This document shows positions 37,145-47,239 of a stretch of 64,000 nucleotides of DNA, piece by piece. A program made the position numbers and the translations under genes. The stretch spans positions 192,001 through 256,000 of the forward strand of contig JBHLKM010000001.1 of NCBI GenBank assembly GCA_048886685.1, in the 5' to 3' direction. Numbering within the stretch: position 1 is the stretch's first letter; every line of letters starts with the position of its first letter. Source of the stretch: Candidatus Hodarchaeota archaeon (GTDB lineage Archaea > Asgardarchaeota > Lokiarchaeia > Sigyniarchaeales > SOKP01). Below the pieces are notes generated by a model. It worked only from the letters and a program-made list of their open reading frames with translations, did not search any database and was not told the origin of the DNA.

Positions 37145-37849
37145 ATGTCTGAAGATTTTGATTTTGAGAAATATTGGTTAAATAAGTTTTCTAATTGTCT
37201 TGATGAGCTAGCTGGAAAGGATATAAAAGAAGAAGTCATGAAAGGTAGCGAAGGTTTTTCAGATGCTACAAGCAAAAATATAATTTTTAGTTGGTCCCGA
37301 AAAGCTATTGAAAAACTCGACTCGATTGTTGATGAAGAAAAGCGTATTAATATTATGACTGGATGTGCATGTCAATACCCTAAACAAGACTTACAAGAGA
37401 TCAAGAAGAAATATGAAGAAACTGGGGATATTGATTTAGCTCACCAAATGCTCCAAGAAAAATTTGAAATATTCCTTAAGGATGCTCTTAAATTAGATGA
37501 GGAAAATTTTAATTTTGTTGTAAGTAAAGGTTGGGGCTTAGCTGGCATTAAGAAGGATGGGAAAATTATTGCCACTAAAATACCTAAGAGTGGATATTTT
37601 AGCGAATACATGAAAGAATCAGATCCTGAAAAGAAAAAATCACTCTATTGCCATTGTCCGAGGGTAAGAGATGCATTAAAAATCGCTAGGACAAAAATAT
37701 CTTCTACTTACTGCTATTGTGGCGCTGGTTTCTATAAGGGTATTTGGGAAGAGATTCTACAAAAATCAATTAGAGTCGAAGTTTTAGAATCAGTGTTAAA
37801 TGGCGGAAATGTTTGTAAAATAGCTATTCATTTACCTACTAACATATAA
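37145..37849 (+). CDS. Cys-rich hypothetical protein (DUF6144-like)
   Basis: GCAC, YCHCP, YCYCGAGF, ESVL.GG..C. Confidence 0.7.
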   Translation: MSEDFDFEKYWLNKFSNCLDELAGKDIKEEVMKGSEGFSDATSKNIIFSWSRKAIEKLDSIVDEEKRINIMTGCACQYPKQDLQEIKKKYEETGDIDLAHQMLQEKFEIFLKDALKLDEENFNFVVSKGWGLAGIKKDGKIIATKIPKSGYFSEYMKESDPEKKKSLYCHCPRVRDALKIARTKISSTYCYCGAGFYKGIWEEILQKSIRVEVLESVLNGGNVCKIAIHLPTNI

Positions 37850-37869
37850 AATTCATCAGTGCAATTAAG

Positions 37870-38334
37870 CTAGGGTAAAACTTTTTCTTTAATTTTTTGT
37901 TTTAATCCTTCTAATGCTGTCGACCAGGCCTTTTCAAAATAATTTCGAGCTTTTTGCCATTCTGTATTCTTTCTCCAGCCTGTATGGAATAAATGTACAA
38001 TAGTTTTATCTGGTACAGTCTTATGAGGGGAAAAAAATACAATCACATGTGTTAATGGATCAGCTGTATTCATAAAAGATTTGAATTGAACGGGTCCTTT
38101 CCAGTTAAAGGAAATAAATCTGTGTTTCTCGATTCCAGTTATTTTACATCCAATTGTGCTGTTGTCTTCTCTGTTTTCAGGTTTCCAAAAAAGTTCATAT
38201 TTTCCTCCAATTATAGGTTCCACATTAGCTTTCTCAGTTAACCAACTTTCTAATAAATCATTTTTTATAAAAAAATCAAAAGCAGTCTTTATCAAACATT
38301 CTAGTTCTTCCTTAATTTTTATGATATTCTCCAA
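37870..38334 (-). CDS. SRPBCC/AHA1-like domain protein
   Basis: L..W, GGKYELFW, ISFNW, HTGW..YF..AW...LE.L. Confidence 0.85.
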   Translation of the reverse strand: MENIIKIKEELECLIKTAFDFFIKNDLLESWLTEKANVEPIIGGKYELFWKPENREDNSTIGCKITGIEKHRFISFNWKGPVQFKSFMNTADPLTHVIVFFSPHKTVPDKTIVHLFHTGWRKNTEWQKARNYFEKAWSTALEGLKQKIKEKVLP

Positions 38335-38362
38335 TTTTAAGCACCTAATATTAATTAATTAT

Positions 38363-38379
38363 ATAACAAAATGTTATAA
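38363..38379. promoter_or_regulatory. Palindrome TATAACA-AAA-TGTTATA, candidate HxlR operator
   Basis: Perfect 7-bp inverted repeat between the divergent SRPBCC and HxlR genes. Confidence 0.4.
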
Positions 38380-38441
38380 AGTATTATAAAGTAACAAACT
38401 TTTATACAATTTAAACTAAATACTAACTAATTAGTAATATT

Positions 38442-38876
38442 GTGAGAAAAATGGAAGTCTGGGAAGATTTAAACAATATGAAGAAGTGCCCTATAGAAGT
38501 CGCAATGAGGTATTTAGGAAAGAAGTGGACGATGCAAATATTACGAGATTTATTTAAAGGTAAAAAAAGGTTTTCGGAGTTCTTAGTTTCAAATCCTCAA
38601 CTTAGCACAAAGATGCTCTCATTGCGGTTAAAAGAATTGAATAGATCGGGTTTAATCGAAAAAAAAATTTATTCTTCTACACCAATAATAGTTGAATATT
38701 CCTTAACACAGAAAGGGAAAGCTCTTAATAAGGTTCTCTTTCAATTAGCTGAATTTTCTCTAAAAAATTATCCAAATGAAGTATATAACACCCACCCAAA
38801 ATCAGTAGAAAATGATATTTTAAGCTTAAAGAAATATTTTAAAGTAGATGAACCTATCTCAATTTCATATAATTAA
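38442..38876 (+). CDS. HxlR-family winged-helix regulator
   Basis: CPIE.A...LGKKW...ILRDL..G.KRFSE, LS.RLKEL, VEYSLT.KG. Confidence 0.9.
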   Translation: MRKMEVWEDLNNMKKCPIEVAMRYLGKKWTMQILRDLFKGKKRFSEFLVSNPQLSTKMLSLRLKELNRSGLIEKKIYSSTPIIVEYSLTQKGKALNKVLFQLAEFSLKNYPNEVYNTHPKSVENDILSLKKYFKVDEPISISYN

Positions 38877-39008
38877 AATGAAATTAATGGTTAAATAAGC
38901 ATTAATTTGAAATGTATTCTATTTATAAAAATGTCATAGATTTAAATATCTTGATATAATAATTATTTTTGGCAAATAAAATCAATTCTAAAATAGAGTA
39001 TATAAATT

Positions 39009-39425
39009 ATGTCGGTACAAGACATTGGTAGTGAAGAAATGAGTGAATTTGTTAAATCTATAAAAGAACGTTATGAATCCTTGAATATAAATGAAAAATT
39101 CAAAGAGCAGTTCAAGGAATCCAATTTCAAAATACTTTTAAATCCTACAGATAGAGAATACGCTGCGCTAGTTACAGTGGAAAATGGAATCGTATCTGTT
39201 GGGGGTATGAAAAACACACCTAAAGATAATTTAAAAAAGGACGTAGTAGGATGGGATAGTTATATAAAAACTACAAGACAAACTTTTAAAGAAATTGGTG
39301 ATGGAACTCTTTCAAGTCGAGATATCAGAAGAAAAGTTCTTGCGCGTAAAATTAAAGTTAAAGGGTTAAAATATTTGGCATCGTTTAGTCAGATGAGTGC
39401 TTTACGAAGAGAAAAAGAAGAATAA
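39009..39425 (+). CDS. SCP2 sterol-binding-like protein
   Basis: VTVENG, D..IKT....F..I..G.LS, KIKVKG pattern. Confidence 0.55.
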   Translation: MSVQDIGSEEMSEFVKSIKERYESLNINEKFKEQFKESNFKILLNPTDREYAALVTVENGIVSVGGMKNTPKDNLKKDVVGWDSYIKTTRQTFKEIGDGTLSSRDIRRKVLARKIKVKGLKYLASFSQMSALRREKEE

Positions 39426-39618
39426 AATATATAGGATATTCATAAATTATACATATTTTTATTCGAAATTCACTCTAGAATTTTAGTTTTTAAAGAAAAA
39501 TTATCTCTTTCTAATCTCATTATTTCAATAATAGGGGTCTTGAAATCGTAGGATAACTTTCCATATCTTTATATTATTTTTTTCTTATTATATAACATAT
39601 TAGAAAGATAGTTTTTGC

Positions 39619-40314
39619 ATGAGAATATTGGAATTAAAATCTGATAGAAACAACCAGTATAACATAGAGAATGAGAATAGAGAGACTGTACAAAAAGCTA
39701 AAGAATCAGTTGAAACTTTAGATTTAGAAAGAGAAAATGCTAATTCTTCCGTCTGGCTTGAGAAAAAGTCTTTTAGATTTGCTTTAATTAGCACATTTAC
39801 CGCTTTAGGGATTGTTTTAGGATATTTATTGGCTTATATTCCTAATATTGAGTTATTCACTCTTACAATATTTTTATCAGGCTTTATTTTAGGGAAAAGA
39901 GATGGGATGATTGTTGGGTTTTTAAGCTCATTAATTTTTTGTTTTTTCAATCCTATTGGAGCTTCTCCTTTACCACTTTTAGCCTTTCAATTAACACATT
40001 ATACAATAACGGGATTATTAGGGGCATTAACTAATGATTTTCTAAGTAAACGAAGTTTCTTCACGATCGATGATGATTTATATATAATTCCTGTGATGGT
40101 TATATTTGGTCTTCTAGGAGCCATCATAACTATAAGTTTTCAAATTTTTTCTTCATTAGTGGATGTTCTGTCATATTTTGGCACGATTAATGAATTTTTA
40201 CCCTATTTTTTAACGGGCATTCCATTTACTATAACACATATTATAGGAAACACACTTGGATTTATTTTTATTTTACCTGGTTTAATCCAATTAGTTCATA
40301 AAATGGTTCACTAA
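39619..40314 (+). CDS. ECF transporter S component (CbrT/cobalamin-like)
   Basis: IPNIELFTLTIFLSGFILG...G, six TMs, GIPF...HIIGN. Confidence 0.75.
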   Translation: MRILELKSDRNNQYNIENENRETVQKAKESVETLDLERENANSSVWLEKKSFRFALISTFTALGIVLGYLLAYIPNIELFTLTIFLSGFILGKRDGMIVGFLSSLIFCFFNPIGASPLPLLAFQLTHYTITGLLGALTNDFLSKRSFFTIDDDLYIIPVMVIFGLLGAIITISFQIFSSLVDVLSYFGTINEFLPYFLTGIPFTITHIIGNTLGFIFILPGLIQLVHKMVH

Positions 40315-40320
40315 TATGTT

Positions 40321-40473
40321 TTAAAAAATAGCCAGTAAAGCTATAGTAGAAGGGAGCATCATTATAATTAAGATTACTAAACAAATAATTAAACATTTAC
40401 TCCTTCTTTTATCCTCTTCACTACTATCATCCTTTTCATTATCATCTGGTTCTATATTTGAAATGAAGTCCAT
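40321..40473 (-). CDS. Small tail-anchored membrane protein (50 aa, not in ORF track)
   Basis: MDFISNIEPDDNEKDDSSEEDKRRSKCLIICLVILIIMMLPSTIALLAIF*; downstream of rpl15. Confidence 0.55.
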   Translation of the reverse strand: MDFISNIEPDDNEKDDSSEEDKRRSKCLIICLVILIIMMLPSTIALLAIF

Positions 40474-40548
40474 TTTATTCTCTCATATAAGTAAATAAGT
40501 CGTAGAATTTAATCCGAGAAGTAGAAAATTACAATTAATTTGAGTGGT

Positions 40549-41028
40549 TTATTTTATATCTGAGAGTAAATTGATTTTTCCACCAGCAGCTTCTATTTTT
40601 TCAACAGCTCTTTTGGAGGCATTTTTAACAGATACGTTGATTTTTTTATTAATTTCTCCGCGTCCTAATACTTTCTGTATATTAATATCATTTAAATTAA
40701 TACTATAAGTATTTCCAGATTTGGAGGCTTTTTCTTCTATAACTAAAGTTTCAATTTTATGATCTAAATCTTTAACATTAAGAGTATTAACTTTATAAAT
40801 TCGGGTTATATCTTGAGGTCTCTTAAAGCCTTTTTTTCCCATATCCCAATCTGGATCTGGAAATCCTAATTCTTTTTGTTTTAAGTAATAACTCTTTTTG
40901 CTCTTTTTCCATTGAGTCGTTTTCCCTCTCCCTGCGCGTTGTCCCGTTTTTCTATGCTGTCCCACTTTACCATAGCCATGTGTTCTTCTGCCTCGCATTT
41001 TTCTTACATTTCTATCGAAATTTCTCAT
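40549..41028 (-). CDS. rpl15: Ribosomal protein uL15
   Basis: RKMRGRRTHGYG, KVLGRG, AVEKIEAAGG. Confidence 0.95.
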   Translation of the reverse strand: MRNFDRNVRKMRGRRTHGYGKVGQHRKTGQRAGRGKTTQWKKSKKSYYLKQKELGFPDPDWDMGKKGFKRPQDITRIYKVNTLNVKDLDHKIETLVIEEKASKSGNTYSINLNDINIQKVLGRGEINKKINVSVKNASKRAVEKIEAAGGKINLLSDIK

Positions 41029-41048
41029 TTGTTTTTTTCACCTACGCA

Positions 41049-41588
41049 CTATAACATTTTATGAATTAAATCATTTATATAAAGACCAATATATCCAAGT
41101 GTGCCACCTTCAGGGAAATGCTTTTTTATTGAACCTCGATATCCTTTTCTAGGGGGGTGTAATCGAAAAACTGGTTTAATTTTGTATAAATCTTTCTCTC
41201 GATATTGGATCTCTCCGTTAAGTAATGCCTTTGAAAGTTCTTTAAATGTTTTAAAATCTGTTAAGTTTTTTAAATGCTCTTCTGTGAGTGGTTTATTCCC
41301 CTCAACCCTTCCCCTAACTCTTAATAATCTAACTAATGTTTTATCATCAATTTCTCCAAATGCTATATAGTCTTTACACTTTATTAGCATTCCTTTATAG
41401 CTCTTAGTTCCCCAAATGAGGACACCATGATTTACTTTGTGCATCCTAAGCATTTTAAGGGTATCAAGAATTTTCCGCCTCATACTGGGTGCCCCTCTTA
41501 TACGAATTGCAAAATAGAGCTTTGGGATATACTCAGTTTCTTTTGACTTAATTTTCTTTTTTGCCATTGCCATATTTACACCACTCAT
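41049..41588 (-). CDS. rpl30: Ribosomal protein uL30
   Basis: AIRIRG, DTLKMLR, KPVFRLHPPRKG; start may be the internal ATG. Confidence 0.95.
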   Translation of the reverse strand: MSGVNMAMAKKKIKSKETEYIPKLYFAIRIRGAPSMRRKILDTLKMLRMHKVNHGVLIWGTKSYKGMLIKCKDYIAFGEIDDKTLVRLLRVRGRVEGNKPLTEEHLKNLTDFKTFKELSKALLNGEIQYREKDLYKIKPVFRLHPPRKGYRGSIKKHFPEGGTLGYIGLYINDLIHKML

Positions 41589-41592
41589 TTTC

Positions 41593-42207
41593 TTATATAT
41601 TAAAGTTAAATTTATGAGCGTTTTTTAGCGCATCAAAAGTTGCTTTTACAAGATTTTCGCTTGTTCGGGTATCACCAAATGTTTTACTCCAAATATCTTC
41701 AATTCCACATAATCTTAAAACTTGTTTTACCTTATCAGCGCATGCTAATCCAACACCAACAGGAGCTGGAATAAGCTGTATCCGAATTGAACCGCACTTG
41801 CCTTTTACTTTAAAAGGAATACTATGTGTGCCTCCACATCCACATTCTTTGCTTCCACAACCTCTAAGTACTGGTACAATAGAGAGTTTGGCTTTATCAA
41901 TTGCTTTCCTTATTGCAGGTCCAACTTCACGACTTTTGCCTGAACCAATACCAATAAATCCATCAGTTCCTACGATCACAACAGCTTTGAATTTGCTTCG
42001 TTGACCGCTAGCTGTCATTTGTTGAACCATAGCAATATGTATAACATCCTCTTTGATCTGTGGAAGTAATGTATTAATAATTTCTTTTTCTTTTACCACT
42101 AAATTATTTTGATAAATCTTATCTAATGTAATGAGCCCTTGCTTAACTAATTCTCCCAAACGAGTTTTTGGGACCCATTCTTCCTCCATATTCCTTAAAC
42201 GACTCAT
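41593..42207 (-). CDS. rps5: Ribosomal protein uS5
   Basis: WVPKTRLG, RGCGS.EC.CG..HSIPF, PAP.GVGL. Confidence 0.95.
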   Translation of the reverse strand: MSRLRNMEEEWVPKTRLGELVKQGLITLDKIYQNNLVVKEKEIINTLLPQIKEDVIHIAMVQQMTASGQRSKFKAVVIVGTDGFIGIGSGKSREVGPAIRKAIDKAKLSIVPVLRGCGSKECGCGGTHSIPFKVKGKCGSIRIQLIPAPVGVGLACADKVKQVLRLCGIEDIWSKTFGDTRTSENLVKATFDALKNAHKFNFNI

Positions 42208-42222
42208 CTCAAATCACTTAGT

Positions 42223-42816
42223 TCAAGCTTTACTTTCTATCATTTTAATTGAATCTGAAAAAATCTGACTAATTTTCAGTGGGTTTACTTTACTTTTATT
42301 GAGATAACCAGAAAATACACGCTCATAATTTTCAGGATCTTGTGATTTTAATTTTTTTGCGTAATTCTCAATATGAATACCTTTTATTCTTTCTTCTAAA
42401 CTTTCTGGAAAGAATTCTTCATGATAGGGTATTTGTATTTCTGCGTCTATAATTCCTTTACAAGCAGCAAGAACTCTATTTCTATGATAGAAAATACCAA
42501 GATCAAATATCGCTTCTTGGATGTTTTGTTTTTTTGCTCTTAATCCTGCTAAGTATCCTGTCAAATAAGACGCGGGGATATTACCAGTCCTAGCGTTCCA
42601 TCCATATTTAGAAGATATTTCATTAGAAAAAGCAGATATTAAAACTTTATCCCCGCCAAACTTAGATTCGACAATTTGTACTCGAGTATGGTTATTTGAA
42701 ACTCTAATTACTACCCTCAATTTTCTTGATTTTAATAACCGTAATCTCTTATGATAATCTGTTTTACCTTCAAATCGTCTTTGGGGTGGTCTTCTATATC
42801 TTGGTCCATGTGCCAT
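42223..42816 (-). CDS. rpl18: Ribosomal protein uL18
   Basis: MAHGPRY, EGKTDY, GNIPASYLTG. Confidence 0.95.
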   Translation of the reverse strand: MAHGPRYRRPPQRRFEGKTDYHKRLRLLKSRKLRVVIRVSNNHTRVQIVESKFGGDKVLISAFSNEISSKYGWNARTGNIPASYLTGYLAGLRAKKQNIQEAIFDLGIFYHRNRVLAACKGIIDAEIQIPYHEEFFPESLEERIKGIHIENYAKKLKSQDPENYERVFSGYLNKSKVNPLKISQIFSDSIKMIESKA

Positions 42817-42819
42817 ATT

Positions 42820-43275
42820 TTATCTACCTCTTCTTATTAATTCCTTTTCTTTTATATATCGATTTAGTTGAGCAACGCTGGTGAACATTCCGCCTTTAGC
42901 ATTTTTATATAATTTCCGATAATTTGTAGCTGTGATTAGCTTTCTATCTCTTAACTTTTTCAATTCTCTTCTTATTGGACGGATTCGCTTAATCCAAGCC
43001 TGCTTTTTTGGTGTTCTTGCTTTCTTTGTACCCTTTCTCTTACCTAATCCTCTCGCTCTTCCTTTCTTCTTCCTCTCATGTCGAATGTTTTTTCTTTGTT
43101 TCGAAATACCTTGTTTATATTTCTTCTGAATTACTCCTTGCTTTATTAAATTGCGAATATCTTCACGTGTTATAGCTAGAGAAATATCTTCAACTAAATA
43201 TGGATCAAAATAAACTCGATTCTCTCCACACTTGAGGATCTCTGCAGCCATTCTTCTCTGTGGTTTTAAATTCAT
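42820..43275 (-). CDS. rpl19e: Ribosomal protein eL19
   Basis: QRRMAAEILKCG, TREDIR.LI, RKLY..AKGG. Confidence 0.95.
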   Translation of the reverse strand: MNLKPQRRMAAEILKCGENRVYFDPYLVEDISLAITREDIRNLIKQGVIQKKYKQGISKQRKNIRHERKKKGRARGLGKRKGTKKARTPKKQAWIKRIRPIRRELKKLRDRKLITATNYRKLYKNAKGGMFTSVAQLNRYIKEKELIRRGR

Positions 43276-43297
43276 TTGTTAGTTCCTCCAATTTTTC

Positions 43298-43786
43298 TTA
43301 ATCTCCAATGGAATCTTCTAAATCATCGATATCAATAAATTCATCACTTTCTAAATCTGCGATAGGAGCTTCTGCCATTTCTTCTAACATTTCAATTTCT
43401 CTCTGTGAAACACCAAGGTTTAATATTTTAAAACCTCTTCTTTGGCAGTAATCTGTTAATGCAATGCGCTTTTTAGCTCCTAATTTTCCAGAAATTTTTA
43501 GTGCATGCTTATTTTTATTTAAATTCTTTAAATCATTAAATGTATAAATCAATACTTCTGTATACCCTGAAGGATGTAAACCTCTAACTTTTTTTGGAGT
43601 TCTATACCCTATTGTTGGAGATTTGACACCTAATTTCTTTTTCTTTCGAGTTTTTGAGTCAATACCTCTTGCTTTCCTCCAAGAATCCTTTACTCTTTTA
43701 TATCTCCAAGATTCAACTCGTCTGAAAGACGGTCTCTTTTTATCAATTTTTTTCCTCAGTTCCATCAATCTTTTATCTTGGGTCAC
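43298..43786 (-). CDS. rpl32e: Ribosomal protein eL32
   Basis: RPSFRR.ESWRYKR, WRKARGIDSK, RGLHPSG. Confidence 0.95.
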   Translation of the reverse strand: MTQDKRLMELRKKIDKKRPSFRRVESWRYKRVKDSWRKARGIDSKTRKKKKLGVKSPTIGYRTPKKVRGLHPSGYTEVLIYTFNDLKNLNKNKHALKISGKLGAKKRIALTDYCQRRGFKILNLGVSQREIEMLEEMAEAPIADLESDEFIDIDDLEDSIGD

Positions 43787-43801
43787 AATTAAAACCTCAT
43801 T

Positions 43802-44386
43802 TTATTTAATTTCCCAAATAATTTCTTCTCCCAATTGTTTTCGATACAAGTAAACTCCATCTTGGAATACTCTGGGATCTTTTTTTCTTATCCGACATGC
43901 CCTTTTAACATTTGCAGCGCTTTGACCAAGTGACTCTTTGTCTGGACCAATAAAATAAACATCATCTCCTTTCACTTCCACCTTTACATTATCTGAATAT
44001 TTAGCTTTTCTTGGGGCTCTTTCACCTAGAAAATTTTCAACAAGTATGGTTTGGTTTTCATCATCCACTCGAACGCTGCATGGGAAATGGGAATAGGCAA
44101 TCTTTGAGACATATTTATAATTAGTTTGAACACCTATAATCAGGTTATTAATAATACTAACTACAGTTTTTATTAAAGCTAATGTTCCACTTTTAGGGAA
44201 ATTTGTTGAAAAAATGACTTTATCATCTTTAATTGCTACATTTATACCCCTTACATGCGAAAAATCTTTTGTGATATCTCCTTTTGGACCTTTAACTCTA
44301 ATATGATGTCCTCCTTCCAGAATAACCTCAACTCCGTCAGGAATATCCAATTCTTCTTTAAAGAACGCTATTTTTACCATTTTCAA
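43802..44386 (-). CDS. rpl6: Ribosomal protein uL6
   Basis: YSHFP, ENFLGERAPR, DPRVFQDGVY. Confidence 0.95.
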   Translation of the reverse strand: MKMVKIAFFKEELDIPDGVEVILEGGHHIRVKGPKGDITKDFSHVRGINVAIKDDKVIFSTNFPKSGTLALIKTVVSIINNLIIGVQTNYKYVSKIAYSHFPCSVRVDDENQTILVENFLGERAPRKAKYSDNVKVEVKGDDVYFIGPDKESLGQSAANVKRACRIRKKDPRVFQDGVYLYRKQLGEEIIWEIK

Positions 44387-44402
44387 TTACCTCCTAGAAT
44401 TA

Positions 44403-44786
44403 TTAATAAATATAGCATAAAGTATGACCTCCTATATGTTTTTCCTCAGCTTCTTTCATTGTCATTATTCCTTCATTTGTAGTTAAAATAATTAATCCTA
44501 AACCTGGTGCGGGTAGTAATCGTCTTTCCAAAAAGTCGAATTGATTAATTTTATAATTCAATCTTATTAAACCTGCACATTCATTAATTCTCCCTAGTAA
44601 TGCAATCTTGAATTTTCCTTGACGACCATCATCATATCTTTCAAATTCTCCGATGTAAGCATTTCTTTGGAAGATCCGAAGTATCTGTTGAAGAACTTTA
44701 GAAGCAGGACTGATTATCACTTCCTTTTTACGTGCTCTCTCTGCATTCTTAAGAGCGCAACATGCATCTGCGATTGAATTTACCAA
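44403..44786 (-). CDS. rps8: Ribosomal protein uS8
   Basis: KNAE, YIGEFE..DDGR.G, LGRIN, TTNEGIMT, GG. Confidence 0.95.
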   Translation of the reverse strand: MVNSIADACCALKNAERARKKEVIISPASKVLQQILRIFQRNAYIGEFERYDDGRQGKFKIALLGRINECAGLIRLNYKINQFDFLERRLLPAPGLGLIILTTNEGIMTMKEAEEKHIGGHTLCYIY

Positions 44787-44821
44787 ACCTTTTCACATCC
44801 TTTTTTCATTTTTTAATTTTC

Positions 44822-44971
44822 TTATTCAAATCTCTTAAATCCAATATCCTTCCCAATTTCATAAAAACACCTACGACAAATGTACAAACCATACCTTCTA
44901 ATGATTCCTCGATGGGTATGACAACGTCGACATTCTCTTTGTCCTTTACCAAAACGCTTGCCTTGTGGAAT
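44822..44971 (-). CDS. rps14: Ribosomal protein uS14 (49 aa, not in ORF track), probable ATT start
   Basis: (M)PQGKRFGKGQRECRRCHTHRGIIRRYGLYICRRCFYEIGKDIGFKRFE*; between uL5 and uS8. Confidence 0.92.
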   Translation of the reverse strand: MPQGKRFGKGQRECRRCHTHRGIIRRYGLYICRRCFYEIGKDIGFKRFE

Positions 44972-44992
44972 ACTTTTTCACCCTAAAATTCA

Positions 44993-45586
44993 TTAAATAA
45001 ATTCTAAATCTAATTTTTTTACGATATCAACTCCAAAATTTTGTTTTAAAAAATAATGGGCTTCCGCACGAGATATATAATGATGTTTAGGAATCTTTGA
45101 CCTAGCTTTTCTTCTATACTTCACTCTCATCCCAGGTCTAGCGATTCTTCCACACACATCCAAACCCCATAATCCTACACTCGCCTCATATTCTGTTTGA
45201 GGAATTTTAATATGTTCATCAATACCAAATGCGAAATTACCATAATTATCAAAGCTTTTTCTCAAAATTTTATTGTTATTTACTAATAATAATCTTTTTA
45301 ATAATCTTTCAGCCTCTTTGCCTCGTATAGTAATCTTACAGCCAATTGGCCGTCCTTTTCTAAGATTAAACTCTTTCACATTAACTTTTGAAATTGTTTT
45401 AACGGGTATTCTACCAGTTATTTGTTCCAGTACACTAGCTGCTTTTTCTAATTCTTCTCCACCAGCACCAACACCTATATTCAGTACAATCTTTTCTAAG
45501 AATGGTTTTTTCATTGGGTTTTTCCATTTTTCATCAAATTCTTTGGATTCAACGCTTGAAACTCTCTTTTTAGTTTTTATTGACAT
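44993..45586 (-). CDS. rpl5: Ribosomal protein uL5
   Basis: NPM, KIVLNIGVG, PIGCKITIRG, GNFAFGIDEHI. Confidence 0.95.
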   Translation of the reverse strand: MSIKTKKRVSSVESKEFDEKWKNPMKKPFLEKIVLNIGVGAGGEELEKAASVLEQITGRIPVKTISKVNVKEFNLRKGRPIGCKITIRGKEAERLLKRLLLVNNNKILRKSFDNYGNFAFGIDEHIKIPQTEYEASVGLWGLDVCGRIARPGMRVKYRRKARSKIPKHHYISRAEAHYFLKQNFGVDIVKKLDLEFI

Positions 45587-45608
45587 ATTTTTTATCTCTT
45601 TAAGTCTT

Positions 45609-46364
45609 TTAATTATCTATTTTAGGTAAATCAATTTCGGATTGATCTTCTCCTATTATAAATGTATAATCATATAATGTTTCTGTGTGACTCCCATTAT
45701 GCTGAATAGAGACCGTACTTGCTTTTGGACCAAATCGCTTTAAAATATTAATAATTTTTCCCACTTGTCCGATATTCTTACCAGACATAATAATTGCTAT
45801 ATTATTTTCCTTGAAATTCAAAACTTTTATTATTTCTTGCTCTGGAACAGATATTTTTAGAACATCCATACGTTTATAAATGTCTTCTTTAGGGCTCCTT
45901 GGATCATTAACCCTGATCAAAATATTTCTTCCATCATGTAAATTTAATTGAATATGACCTCCCTTTATGTTAGTTTTGTTATTAATCCTACACAATTTAT
46001 ATGTACTTTCTTTTTCAGTTATTTCATGCAAGATTAAACCATAATGGGAATCTGGCAATATTCGATAATATTTATTCATCTTTTCTATTGAAAGGACATC
46101 CATCAAACCTAAAGGAAATCCTTTATCTCTAATAACTCTTCCATCGACTTTAAAATATCCTAAACCAATTAACTTCTTTGCTTCCCTGTGGTTATCTACT
46201 ATACCTAATAAATCTCTTACGATGTGAAGAAGTGGTAAACAAATCCTGCTAGGATGAGGACCGGGAGAAGATTTGATGAAAAACTTCCCATGTTTCCTTT
46301 TAATCTGTAAAAAAGCAGGTGTATTGAGTCTTTTTAGAGTTTTTTGACCTCCATGTCTAGTCAT
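45609..46364 (-). CDS. rps4e: Ribosomal protein eS4
   Basis: LKRL, PGPH, VDGRV, GLMDV, QLNLHDGRN. Confidence 0.95.
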   Translation of the reverse strand: MTRHGGQKTLKRLNTPAFLQIKRKHGKFFIKSSPGPHPSRICLPLLHIVRDLLGIVDNHREAKKLIGLGYFKVDGRVIRDKGFPLGLMDVLSIEKMNKYYRILPDSHYGLILHEITEKESTYKLCRINNKTNIKGGHIQLNLHDGRNILIRVNDPRSPKEDIYKRMDVLKISVPEQEIIKVLNFKENNIAIIMSGKNIGQVGKIINILKRFGPKASTVSIQHNGSHTETLYDYTFIIGEDQSEIDLPKIDN

Positions 46365-46791
46365 ATGTATCCTCCTCTTTTTCTTTTTTTGGTCCTTTTA
46401 AATCTACATCATAAAAACCATATAAAGCTTTTCTTTCAATCATTTGAGCACGCCAAGGATCTAATTTTTTTTCCTTCGCAAGCTTAGTAATTATCAAATT
46501 TGATACGTGGATGCCGGGATGGAACTGTGTCCCGTCTGATTTTTCGAATTGGGCTTCCTTTATCTTACATCTTAAGTTTTTTGAGATCTCTAGAACTTCT
46601 CCCTCAAAATCTTTAAATTCTCCTTTACATACTCTTACTTGATCACCAACCCTTACAGGGAGCTTCTTTATACCATATTCATCACGAAGAAAATCAGCTA
46701 CTCTCGTGGTGAACAATTTTGATCGTTCATGATTTTTATAATTGTATAGAGCTTTTCTTTGCTTCCGTGGTTGTCTTGATTTTACTTTCAT
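46357..46791 (-). CDS. rpl24: Ribosomal protein uL24
   Basis: SRQPRKQRK, PVRVGD.V.V.KG.FK, HVSN. Confidence 0.95.
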   Translation of the reverse strand: MKVKSRQPRKQRKALYNYKNHERSKLFTTRVADFLRDEYGIKKLPVRVGDQVRVCKGEFKDFEGEVLEISKNLRCKIKEAQFEKSDGTQFHPGIHVSNLIITKLAKEKKLDPWRAQMIERKALYGFYDVDLKGPKKEKEEDTYD

Positions 46792-46813
46792 CTTGAGCTC
46801 CTTTTTCTTGTTT

Positions 46814-47239
46814 TTAAATTATTAATGATGAAATTGATGCTAGACGTGGAAATAGCTCGGCTGCTTCTCGTGCGATTGGACCTCTTATCTCAGAACCACG
46901 GGGTTCACCTTCTTTCGATACTAATACACCTGCATTATCTTCAAAGCATAATCGTGTACCATCTTGTCGGCGATAAATCATTTTTTGCCTAACGATTACT
47001 GCTTTTACAATATTTCCTCGCATTTCAGGTCTTCCTTTTTTTATAGTGACAGTACATATACTACCTACTGTCGCTTTGGGCAATCTTCGAAGTCTTCCTT
47101 TATAATGATCTACCATAATTATTTGGGCTATTTTAGCTCCAGAATTATCTGTGATCTGGATTCTCGATCCATTGCATAACCCATAACTCGTTTTGGGTTT
47201 CACCATACGTTTTTTGCCCAGCTTTCGCCTTGTACCCAT
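46814..47239 (-). CDS. rpl14: Ribosomal protein uL14
   Basis: DNSGAK, KKGRPEMR, FEDNA, GPIAREAA. Confidence 0.95.
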   Translation of the reverse strand: MGTRRKLGKKRMVKPKTSYGLCNGSRIQITDNSGAKIAQIIMVDHYKGRLRRLPKATVGSICTVTIKKGRPEMRGNIVKAVIVRQKMIYRRQDGTRLCFEDNAGVLVSKEGEPRGSEIRGPIAREAAELFPRLASISSLII

